Shown piece after piece: positions 11,425-22,627 of a stretch of 64,000 nucleotides of DNA (its first letter is position 1; every line of letters begins with the position of its first letter). This stretch comes from Ranitomeya imitator (Eukaryota), in assembly GCF_032444005.1 (NCBI RefSeq), contig NC_091288.1, positions 220,658,001-220,722,000 on the forward strand, read 5' to 3'. The notes beneath the pieces were generated by a model. The model saw only the letters and a program-made list of their open reading frames with translations, ran no database searches and was not told where the DNA came from. Both the position numbers and the translations under genes were made by a program.

Positions 11425-14400
11425 TCACGCCGAGACCCTCCTCAGCTTCATCTGACTCCCCCGCAGCGTCAGTGGGTAATCCACCCAGGTGGTCCAGGAG
11501 AACGCGGGGTGCAGGGGGTCGGTCATGTGGTAGCGAGCGTTCAGGCCGGCCTCAGCGCAGCCCCCTGTGTGGTACCAGAAGCCTCCTCCCCAATACTCCG
11601 CGCAGTTCTGTGCGTGTCCGTCCTGGTCGTGGTCATACGTGGAGAACGTGTGTCCGGCGTGGAGGCTCAGCGCGTCCCCTGCAAAGACAAGGGCGGCTTA
11701 AAGGGACTGTCCATGTTATGTGCATGACCTCGTGAGTGAACTTCCCAGCCGTCTGCCCATATGACCGCTGCAGCCAATCATTGACCTCCAGATTCTGGTG
11801 TGAGATGACTGAGATCAGTGATTGGCTGCAGCGGTCACGTGGGTAGACTGCTTTAACTGCAGGAAAGTTTGCAGAGACCCCCAGAGCAGCAGAGGTGAAT
11901 GGGAAGTGGGGGTTAAAAGGTAATTTTTTATTTTTTTTTAATTCTGGACAATCCCTTTAAATAATCTCAACAAAACGTTTGCATGTAAGTGTCGTCCTCA
12001 CCGGCCCCTCCATCGCTGAACGCCCCGAGGTGCAGGCGGTATCCGTCACTGTCCGGGTTCAGGGCGTGGTGGGACAGGCTGAAGTTGGTGTACTGTGCTG
12101 TGACCCGCGTCCCCTCCGCATCCTCCAGCTCCACCCGCAGCTCGTAGTCGCCGCTCACGGTCAGGCGGTAAATATTCTGCAGTCCTGGTACCGAGGGGAG
12201 AGGTCAAAACGTGTAAAGACGCGGCCACCCATATGCAGTGTCGCCACAGTCACCGCACCCACAACCCAAGAATGGCAGCATGGCGCCCAACTCCAACACC
12301 CGCGCCGACCTCGGCCCCTGGGGATGTCCAACCTTCCCTCCATGTGAGGCTGCGGCACCGCCACCACTTACCGAGCCAGTACTCGCCGTCCGCGCTCCCG
12401 AAGCCACGCACGTAATCCTGCCAGGGGCGGCCAAATTCCTCCGAACCGTCCAGACGCCTCTGAAACACCTGTCAGGGGGCAGTTAGTGCAAAAGGATGGT
12501 ATAAGCCAACTACACCAGCTCACCTGTCACCCCCAGGAATACTCACCGTCCACACCAGCTCACCCGTCACTCCCCCCCCCCCCCTCCCCCTCCCCAGGAA
12601 TACTCACCGTCCACACCAGCCCACCCATCACTCCCCCCCTTCCCCAGGAATACTCACCGTCCACACCAGCTCACCCGTCACCCCCAGGAATACTACTCAC
12701 CGTCCACACCAGCCCAACCGTCACTCCCGCCGCCCCACCCCCAGGAATACTCACCATCCACACCAGCCCACCCGTCACCCCCAGGAATAATCACCGTCCA
12801 CACCAGCCCACCCGTCACCCCCAGGAATAATCACCGTCCACACCAGCCCACCCGTCACCCCCAGGAATAATCACCGTCCACACCAGCCCACCCGTCACCC
12901 CCGTGAATAATCACCGTCCACACCAGCCCACCCGTCACCCCCGTGAATAATCACCGTCCACACCAGCCCACCTGTCACCCCCAGGAATAATCACCGTCCA
13001 CACCAGCCCACCTGTCACCCCCAGGAATACTCACCGTCCACACCAGCCCATCCCCGATCACCCCCAGGAATACTCACCATCCACACCAACCCACCCGTCA
13101 TCCCCCAGGAATAATCACCGTCCACACCAGCCCACCCGTCATCCCCCAGGAATACTCACCGTCCACACCAGCCCACCCGTCACCCCCAGGAATACTCACC
13201 ATCCACACCAGCCCACCCATCACCCCCAGGAATACTCACCATCCACACCAGCCCACCTGTCACCCCCAGGAATAATCACCGTCCACACCAACCCACCCAT
13301 CACCCCCAGGAATACTCACCATCCACACCAGCCCGTAACCCCCAGGAATACTCACCGTCCACACCAACCCACCCATCACCCCCAGGAATACTCACCGTCC
13401 ACACCAGCCCGTCACCCCCAGGAATACTCACCGTCCACACCAGCCCACCCATCACCCCCAGGAATACTCACCGTCCACACCAGCCCGTCACCCCCAGGAA
13501 TAATCACCGTCCACACCAGCCCACCTGTCACCCCCAGGAATAATCACCGTCCACACCAGCCCACCTGTCACCCCCAGGAATAATCACCGTCCACAACAAC
13601 CCACCCGTCATCCCCCAGGAATACTCACCGTCCACAACAACCCACCCGTCATCCCCCAGGAATACTCACCGTCCACACCAGCCCACCCGTCACCCCCAGG
13701 AATACTCACCATCCACACCAGCCCACCTGTCACCCCCAGGAATACTCACCGTCCACACCAGCCCACCCGTCACCCCCAGGAATACTCACCGTCCACACCA
13801 GCCCACCCATCACCCCCAGGAATACTCACCGTCCACACCAGCCCACCCATCACCCCCAGGAATACTCACCGTCCACACCAGCCCACCCGTCACCCCCAGG
13901 AATAATCACCGTCCACACCAGCCCGTCACCCCCAGGAATACTCACCGTCCACACCAGCCCGTCACCCGTCACGTCACAGTACACTGGCAGGGGGCGCTGC
14001 GCCCCTTGTGGATATATGATGTAGACTCCGCTAGGGGGTCCTTGTAAGTCACAAATATCCTGGCAGTCTACAGGAAGCCGTCCACCGTCACACAGGGGCC
14101 GCAGAGCTGAGAAGGGGATAACAGTCACTAGTGTGGGGCCAGGATCACATGGAGCATGAACGTGCGTCTACATGTGCATATACAGTGAGCGTGCGTATAC
14201 AGTGAGCGTGCATATGTAGTGTGTGTATACAGTGAGCGTGCATACTGTATATAGTGGACATACATATTGTATAAAGTGAGCATACATACTGTAGTGAGTA
14301 TACATTGTGTAGTGAGCGTGCTCACCTGTGTGTGGATGTTTGTAGTGAGCATACGTATATAGTAAGCACATACACTGTATACAGTGTGTGCATACTGTAG

Positions 14401-15790
14401 TGAGCATACGTGCTGTATATAGTGAGTATACATTGTGTAGTGAGCATGCTCATCTGTGTGTGGATGTTTGTAGTAAGCATACGTATAGAGTTAGCATACA
14501 TACTGCATACAGTGAGTGTGCATACTGTAGTGAGCATACGTGCTGTATATAGTGAGTATACAGATATAATGAACATATTGTAGTGAGCGTACATACGGTA
14601 TATGGTGAGCATACACATAAGTGGACATGCTGTGGTGAGCGTGCTTTTCTGCGTCTCTCGGGGGTCTTCCTCACTATCCTGACACTAGTGAGATGATTTC
14701 TTCCCGCTGTAGAGAGCTCATTTGCATATTTTCCCATGGAGCATTGCCAGTAAGACCCCTTATATACTGGCCTCCTTATGTAGAGCCGTTCCTCCTCCCC
14801 CCAACTCTACTACAGCACCAAGCAGCGATGGCCGTGACCCCAGTAACGGCGCAGGGTGGTCCGCACTCACCTGCTTTACATCACTCACCTGGTGGAGACT
14901 TCTTCCAGCTGCCGGTGACTTGTGGAATAAGATAAAACCCAAGAACGAGGACGATCTAGAAGACAATGAGAAGATGTCTACAACCATCACATGGACCTGG
15001 GGACAGCACAGGTCCTGGGCCCTAATCAGGGGCCAAGAGATCGGGGGAGCAGATACAGACCCCACAGTAGGACCTCAGACCTGTGACGTGGGAGGTGAGA
15101 ACAGTGGATTCTTCACCTTCTCTTACATACTGTAGGTGTCCCAGCTGTTGCATTTATCATGAGAGGGACTGGGGTTTGCCCACCGGACCACCACAAAATG
15201 TCCGAATGGAGGCCCAAGCCCCCTGCTGCTTTCCACTAGCGATCTTGTGTGTGGCCAAGAAAGTCTCACACAGCTGTGGAAGGTGTGGAAACAAAGAGAC
15301 CTCCTGGTGGTAGAACAGGTGAGTATCCACCAGATGACTGGATGGAGCCATCATCTAATTCTGGACATTCAGTGAAACATGAAGACTTGGCTCACAGAAG
15401 AAGATGGTGGAAGATGGAGAAAACAAGAGTCAGGACAGGAGCAGCCTCCATATTGCCAGTGAAACTGGAAAGCATCAAGACCCAAAGAGAAGACGAGACC
15501 TTCTGGAGATTTCTGGATCCTGACATTAGGCCATGTGCACACAGTCAGGATTCTGCCCCAGGCGGCGCTCACGTGTCCACCAGCTCCTCATCTGCTTCTC
15601 TCAACAGAACATTGAGAAAAGTTGGAAAAGTTAGTAGTTGATACGTGAGGAATCCTGACAGCGTGCACACGGCCTACTGTCAGGATTCAGCACTAAAAGT
15701 GATTGCAGAAATGTAACTTTAATAACCTGGGGATGGAGGGAGAAAATGGCTTTCTAGAAAACACGGAAAAGTGCGATCTCTTACCTTCAT
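11425..15790 (-). CDS. MFAP4-like fibrinogen-domain protein, paralog A (most divergent), 255 aa, spliced
   Basis: Exons 15790-15785 (MK), 14955-14889 (signal peptide [15 protein letters not shown]..), 14106-13946, 12468-12372 (97 nt), 12184-12002 (183 nt) and 11678-11425; phases 0/1/0/1/1 as in MFAP4. Motifs VYCDVT..WT|[15 protein letters not shown]|LQNI and [12 protein letters not shown]. No stops or frameshifts. Exons 1-2 are predicted by analogy and less certain. Confidence 0.88.
11702..11956. mobile_element. T2/Kolobok-type MITE with TTAA target-site duplication
   Basis: TTAA|AGGGACTGTCCA ... TGGACAATCCCT|TTAA (one-mismatch TIR), with the internal palindrome CCGCTGCAGCCAATCA / TGATTGGCTGCAGCGG. 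Confidence 0.85.
12500..13965 (-). repeat. 36/40-bp minisatellite built from the paralog A exon 3 end plus donor (GGGCTGGTGTGGACG|GTGAGTATTCCTGGGGGTGAC)
   Basis: About 37 copies filling almost all of intron 3; some carry GTGATT instead of GTGAGT. Confidence 0.95.
14170..14610. repeat. Degenerate low-complexity repeat (TACAGTGAGCATAC-like) in paralog A intron 2
   Basis: Recurrent TAGTGAGCATAC/GTGTGCATAC motifs. Confidence 0.7.
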
Positions 15791-15843
15791 TGTAGAGAGT
15801 GTCCAGGATTCACTGATGTGATGAGACATTGCCACATAGTGAC

Positions 15844-15851
15844 TATATATA
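15844..15851 (-). promoter_or_regulatory. TATA-like box of paralog A
   Basis: TATATATA 54 bp upstream of the ATG AAG|GTAAG micro-exon. Confidence 0.5.
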
Positions 15852-17839
15852 GACCAGAAGAAGGGTAAATACGGGAACATCGGGGGATGGGACATTTGGG
15901 GAAAACCAGCCACGGTGCGTTCTAACCAGAAGGTCTCTGTCCATTGTACTCAAGAATCGCTGAGGTTGTCACAAATATCTCAGGAACGTTCCTGTTCTCA
16001 GAAGTCGTTCTCCAGCTGATTGATGAAGAGAAGACAACAATAACCATTAGGATCCATCAGTCCATGGACGTCATCTAGACCCCCCAATCCCCACCATCCA
16101 TGGACTTGGATGGACGTCTACCATAGCAGACAACATGGTGGAGAAACTAGAAGCCTGGAGAAATGTCCACAGCGGGGACTCCTTCATCTACAGGAGGACA
16201 TCCATGAGGCTTTCATAGAATATCTTTTATTCTTGGATACATTATATCTTCTTGTTTTCCTTTATTTACAAGGAACCAGAGATACAAAGACCCCATCCAG
16301 AAGATGTAGAGACCCCATCAAGTAAGTGTCTGCTCAGACCTAACCTCAAAGCATTTAGATTTGTATCTTCTTGTTCCTCTTTTTAGATGTTCGTGTTTTT
16401 AGAATCAGACAAAAAGTCTTTGTTTTGTAAAGAAAGTCCCGTCCGTTACAGGTTTGGAGATTTCCCCCTCAAGACTTTACTGATCATCATATTCTGGCGC
16501 CATCCTCCATTCTCATTAATTTCGAGCCATTATTACATTTGTCTATGGGACGTGAACTTGTGGTCATCCGTTCACTTCCTCTATATACTGCAATACCGGT
16601 ATGTAGTGTGGATCGTGGCCTCCGATGAAGCTCAGCCTGTCGCTGGGATTCACAGGAGTACCAAGATGGCAGTCATGGGGGCCTTCAGGAGAGCTCCAGA
16701 TGCCATGGTTCACTGACGGCGCCCTGTGATCATAGTGCGGGGGCTGATGGAAGCTGGTGTGCAAGTCCACCGGCAACTGCTCCATATAGTTGCTGCTGTC
16801 GGAGATTGAAAGCAGCATGTAAATGGTTAACAGCAGCGATTGTAGCTGCCAGCGGTGGAGTAACACAGCTTTACACTTGCAGACTCCGGCGCGGACGTTC
16901 AGTTACATCCATTTTTACTGCGGGATTAAGGAGCATAACTCAGCACTGTCTTGCACTATGGGGTATAGAGGGTTAACCCCGTAGATTAGCTTTCACATTC
17001 AGCTTTTTCAGAGTGGATTTTTCTGGCTCAAAAAATCCACATCTAAACAAACCTCTTCTAAAAGATGTGTGTTTTGTATACAGTTTTTGGTGGACATGTT
17101 TTCCTGAATGGTTTTTGATGATTTTTTATAACTGTGATATTCGGTGCAGCAAAAGGTTGGGGTTTCATTTTGGTAGTTTCTCTGCAAAAAAAAAAAATGT
17201 AAAAAAATGAATAAAAAACAACAATAAAAAGTGAAGCTAAAAGCTCTGTTTGGCTACAATTTATGCTCAGAAAACGCACCAAAGAATTAACAGCAATCTC
17301 CTTTTAACACAGCTTAAAAAACTTGCAGAAAAAAGTGCAGGGAACCAAATGAATGGGCGGATTGCTACAAGCAGATTTCATGTGTTTTTCTTATGCAGAT
17401 TTTGGCACTGAATCTGCTACAAGGTCATACAAAAAAAACACCTGTGTGAACATACTCCAAGGCCTGCCCTGGGAAGGAACTGAACGCCACTAGTCCAGGA
17501 TTTCCGCTGCTGTCAATTGATGAATGAAGCATGGGCCTCTGTACTGCAAACGTGAGAGCGGCAAGCTTGTGTACCGCCATCCGTAACCAGGATGGTAAGT
17601 TATGGTTCCACCTGTTGATATCTCTCCTGGTCCCCACTTTGTTTGTCATCATGGGATTGCCAGTCCTGCACTTTCCTAACCATGTGGCCACCACTGCATC
17701 AGAAGCACAAGTGACAGGACACAGCCACCACCCCACCCATGCCCAATGTACTTCTTACCCCACCCATGCCCAATGCACTTCTTACCCCACCCATGCCCAA
17801 TGCACTTCTTACCTTACTCACACTCATGCCCAATGCACT

Positions 17840-19985
17840 TGCGGCGCCCCAGGGTCCTGGTCGTCGCAGTAATGTCGCTTTCCTCCCGGGAGAGTGATAT
17901 TACGTTTGGAGGCAAGGAAGGATAACTGCATCCAGGTACCACAAACATGCAACACTTCACACTCCAGGCCACCAGGGGAAGCTTTTGATTGTATTTACTA
18001 GGTGACTCCCCATATATGTAACTGGTAGTCTGTAGGGAAAGTTAGAGAGAGTTCCAGACATCAGTCTGAGGAGGACAGAGGGTCCACGGAGCTGTGAATG
18101 CCCACAGAGCTGCAGCTCCCAGAAAGAGACATTGGAAAGCCGAATTGTTTGCAGCGAGCATGCAGGAGAGGAAGCGCAGGAGAGGATATCAGAAGGGGAC
18201 CAGCCCCGAGCAGGCTGCCTCCTTCTGAGGCACAGAGACTGGTAGCTGGAACACCGAGGTTGTAAGGACCTCTATGACGTACATTAGAGATTGGCAGGAC
18301 AGCTGAACTCTACGTTACCTGTCTGACCTAACACCCAGGAGGCACAGTGACAACCTTAGAGGCTGGGGCGTGCTAGAGTCCCTATAAACCACCTCATGTC
18401 ACCAGTCATACGGGTATGTCCTATCCAATCCGGGGGACAGATAGAGATAACATCTGTGAGGACCTTATGAGAAGCTTAGCAGTAAAGGACTACACCACCA
18501 CAGTGCTAGAGGAAAGGCTTTTATTCTCCACCTGGACAAGGGGACTCTGGATTTGCCTCCAAACCGGTCGGACTCTACCTGCCCTGTGATCTGGTGCCCT
18601 GGGCTGTGGATGCTGAAGTCTTCAGTAAAGGTAAAGAGACTGCAACCTTGTGTCCTCGTTCTTATCCGCACCACTCACCATTCACCATCTATACACTGGG
18701 AAGCCCTGGGGATACACTTCACTTGTGGGAAGGTATGCCATCTAGCTGCCATAACATCACCCTAGCGGACCCCTTAAAGCAGCGTTGGTCACCCTGATCG
18801 AATACCGCAGGTGGCGTCACGAACACAAACTTTATCCCTTTAAAGACCTTTGCCTTTTACACGGACGTCCCAGGGCCACAGACCGGGTCAGCCACCGTGA
18901 CATCCCCATGTGAACCCCGGTACCGAGTACCCCCTTGCCCTTGCGGGGCGATCCAACTTGGCATCACGAACAGGATGGACTGATCCAGCAAATTGGGTCA
19001 TGTGCGCCTAAAAGACTGTGCCTTACTGTCCTTGTGCTGAGAGACTGTGTATCGCAAAAGACAGCCAAAATTGCCAGCAAAACCACCGCCATTACGCATC
19101 ATGTGGCGTGCAGGAGGAGTGGGGTGTGTCATCATGGGCATAGCCTGGAAGAACGGCGCGAAAGTGGAAGCCGTCCCTCACAAATACTACTACTGTATGT
19201 CAGAAAGATATGCCCATCAACAAAAGGGATCCGCCTCCTAGTCTGGGATGGTGGAGGGAGAAGAAGGAACCGCCCTGCACGAGGAGCCGGAACCACAGGA
19301 AGATGCCAACAGAGACCTGCTTGGCAAGATGGTGAGCGGATGTCACCCGGAGGAGAGGGAGAAAGCCCGTGGTGCTTCGCAAAAATCGGAGGAAGAGAAG
19401 GCCCCGTCGTCACTCATGAACCTAGAGGTTCTTGGCGTGGAGGTCGAGGAGCTGTGTCACCAGCTCCGGAAGTCATGATACCGTGCAGCCGCCAGCGTCC
19501 AGGAGCGGCAGCGCAGCCAGCCATCGGAGCCCCAGCCTGCAGCGGAGGAGATCGGCACCAGAGACGCCGCAGCGGCAGGTAATAACACTGACCCTCCCCC
19601 GGTAGCCGAGGACACCGCCCTGTTAGTGGCCGTTGATCCACCACCACCACCCGGATGGGTGAGTAGCGGCCTAGAATGGGAAAGGCCCTGGGAGACCCTG
19701 AAGACCTCCGACGCCAAGCGGCAGCCCATCAAAAGGACTGTGGACATCCAGGGGGAGTGGGTGACCTTCAAATGGACCCATACCAGTACTGACCTGATCG
19801 AGTTCCCAGGGGAGGCCCAGCCATAGGGGGAGCAAATCAAGGTCATCAGCCAACAGGAGTACCACCGGCAGCGGGCGCTCCAACGAGAACAGAAAGAGCA
19901 GGAGGAAGAGCTCAGGCACCAGGCTGCGAAGGAAAAGGACCTACTGGCCAAAGCCGGGGTCCGGAAGGTGAGTCGTGAGGATCAG
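17840..19985 (+). mobile_element. Truncated LTR retrotransposon (probably Gypsy-like): 5' LTR, tRNA-Ser PBS and degenerate internal region
   Basis: Starts TGCGGCGCCCCAGGG and ends GGGGCGATCCA (18955), an inverted terminal match. It is followed by TGGCATCACGAACAGGAT (18959-18976), 17/18 complementary to the recalled 3' end of vertebrate tRNA-Ser(CGA). A homologous LTR fragment lies at 49546-50290 (-). No pol or 3' LTR is present. Confidence 0.72.
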
Positions 19986-19987
19986 GG

Positions 19988-21910
19988 CCCGCAGAGGTGT
20001 GGGACAGTAGTCATGTTCTGCCTTAATTCTACACTGCCTCCACCATGTACCGGTCTCTACACTGCCTCCACCATGTGTCATACACTACACTGCCTCCACC
20101 ATGTGCCGGTCTCTACACTGCCTCCACCATGTGTCATACACTACACTGCCTCCACCCTGTGCCATACACTACACTGCCTCCACCCTGTGCCGGTCTCTAC
20201 ACTGCCTCCAACATGTGCCATACACTACACTGCCTCCGCTCTTTGCCAGTCTCTACACTGCCTCCGCCCTGTGCTGTACACTACACTGCCTCCACCCTGT
20301 ACCGTTCTCTACACTGCCTCCACCCTGTGCCGCTCTATACACTGCCTCCACCCTCTGCCGGTCTCTACAATGCCTCCACCCTGTGCCAGCCACTAAACTG
20401 CCTCCTCTCTGTGCCGGTCTCCACACTGCATCCACCCTATGCCGGTGTCCACACTGCCTCTACCCTGTGCCGGTTTCTACACTGCCTCCACCCTCTGCCG
20501 GTCTCTACACTGCCTCCACCCTCTGCCGGTCTTTACACTGCCTCCACCCTGTGCCAGCTACTACACTGCCTCCACCCTGTGCCGGTCTCCACACTGCCTC
20601 CACCCTGTGCCGGTCTGTACACTGCCTCCACCCTGTGCCATTCTCTACACTGCCTCCACCCTGTGCCGGTCTCCACACTGCCTCCACCCTGTGCCGTTCT
20701 CTACACTGCCTCCACCCTGTGCCGGTCTCCACACTGCCTCCACCCTGTGCCGGTCTCTACACTGCCTCCACCCTGTGTCGGTCTCTACACTGCTTCCACC
20801 CTGTGTCAGTCTCTACACTGCCTCCACCCTGTGCCAGCCACTACACTGCCTCCACCCTGTGCCGGTCTCCACACTGCCTCCACCTTGTGCCAGTGTCCAC
20901 ACTGCCTCCACCCTGTGCCAGTCTCTACACTGCCAACATCCTGTGCCAGCCACTACACTGCATCCACCCTGTACCGGTCTCCACACTGTCCCCACCCTGT
21001 GCCGGTGTCCACACTGCCTCCACCCTGTGTCGGTCTCTACACTGCCTCCACCCTCTGCTTGTCTCTACACTGCCTCCACCCTGTGCTGGTCACTACACTG
21101 CCTCCACCCTGTGCCGGTCTCTACACTGCCTCCACCCTGTGCCAGTCTCCACACCGCCTCCACCCTCTGCCGGTCTCTACACTGCCTCCACCCTGTGCTG
21201 GTCATTACACTGCCTCCACCCTGTGCCGGTCTCTACATTGCCTCCATCCTGTGCCGGTCTCTACACTGCCTCCACCCTGTGCCGATCTCTACACTGCCTC
21301 CACCCTGTGCCGGTCTCTACACTGCCTCCACCCTGTGCCAGTCTCTACAATACCTCCACTTTGTGCCGGTCTCTACACTGCCTCCACCCTGTGCCGGTCT
21401 CTACACTGCCTCCACCCTGTGCTGGTCACTACACTGCCTCCACCCTGTGCCGGTCTCAACACTGCCTCCACCCTGTGCCGGTCTCTACACTGCCTCCACT
21501 TTGTGCCGGTCTCTACACTGCCTCCACCCTGTGCCATTCTCCACACCGCCTCCACCCTGTGCCGGTCTCTACACTGCCTCCACCCTGTGCCGGTCTCTAC
21601 ACTGCCTCCACTTTGTGCCGGTCTCTACACTGCCTCCACCCTGTGCCATTCTCCACACCGCCTCCACCCTGTGCCGGTCTCTACACTGCCTCCACCCTGT
21701 GCCGGTCTCTACACTGCCTCCACCCTGTGCCGGTCTCCACACTGCCTCCACCCTGTGCCGGTCTCTACACTGCCTCCACTTTGTGCCGGTCTCTACACTG
21801 CCTCCACCCTGTGCCATTCTCCACACCGCCTCCACCCTGTGCCATTCTCCACACCGCCTCCACCCTGTGCCGGTCTCTACACTGCCTCCACCCTGTACTG
21901 GTCACTACAA
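19988..21910. repeat. 28-bp minisatellite (CTCTACACTGCCTCCACCCTGTGCCGGT), about 68 copies
   Basis: Clear periodicity; produces spurious 550-640 aa ORFs in all + frames. Confidence 0.96.
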
Positions 21911-22627
21911 TGTCTTTCTATGGTGGCACGTGTCTAGACCTTCCTCCAGTATCATGTGTCCAGGGCTTCCTATGGGACACATGTGTAACAATGAGAAGAT
22001 CTCGAGGATAAAGCCATTTACCCCCCACCTTCCACCCCCGTCTATGGGTCTGCATAGACATCTCTTAGATACTAACAATGTTTACTTGCATTTGCTAAAG
22101 TAATGAAGGTCTCTCAAAATCTGCAGTAATGTCCACAAGGACACCTTTATCTATAGATTATAGGAGGTCTCATCTATAGACTGATGTTTATTAGACTTTT
22201 ATACAGGACACAAGAGAGAAAAAGCTAAATTGTTACTTTTATTATTGAATACATTGTATTTTATTGATTCCACTCTTTATATATTGTTATGCTTGTTAGT
22301 ATCAAAGTCTTTGTTTTGTAAATTAAGTCTCCAAATTTTCCTCCCAAGACTTTGCTGACCATGATTTCCCAGATATTTTACAGTCTCATGACCTGCAGAT
22401 ACAGTACAGAGCTAAATCTATCCATTCCGTAGGCACATGTAGGAGAATTAAAGCAGATTAAGCAGACGAGTTTTGGATATTCTTCACAAGGATCATAAAC
22501 CTGTCTGGTTCCATGGATGTAAAGGTATTCAACTGCATTGGTGGCTTTTCAAGGTCTTTGTTGACTCTTCTAATTTTCCTGCCCTCGTGGAGATTCATTT
22601 TTAGAAGCTGAATGAGACATCCAGGAC

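Noticed and set aside
14700-16100. Possible transposon
   Set aside because: Contains the signal-peptide exon, the MK micro-exon and the TATA box of paralog A.
18959-18976. tRNA gene
   Set aside because: Only an 18-nt complement of a tRNA 3' end including CCA, i.e. a primer-binding site; there is no cloverleaf.
20045-22103. 550-640 aa Cys/His/Pro-rich ORFs
   Set aside because: Translations of a 28-bp minisatellite, open in every frame, with no domain or splice support.
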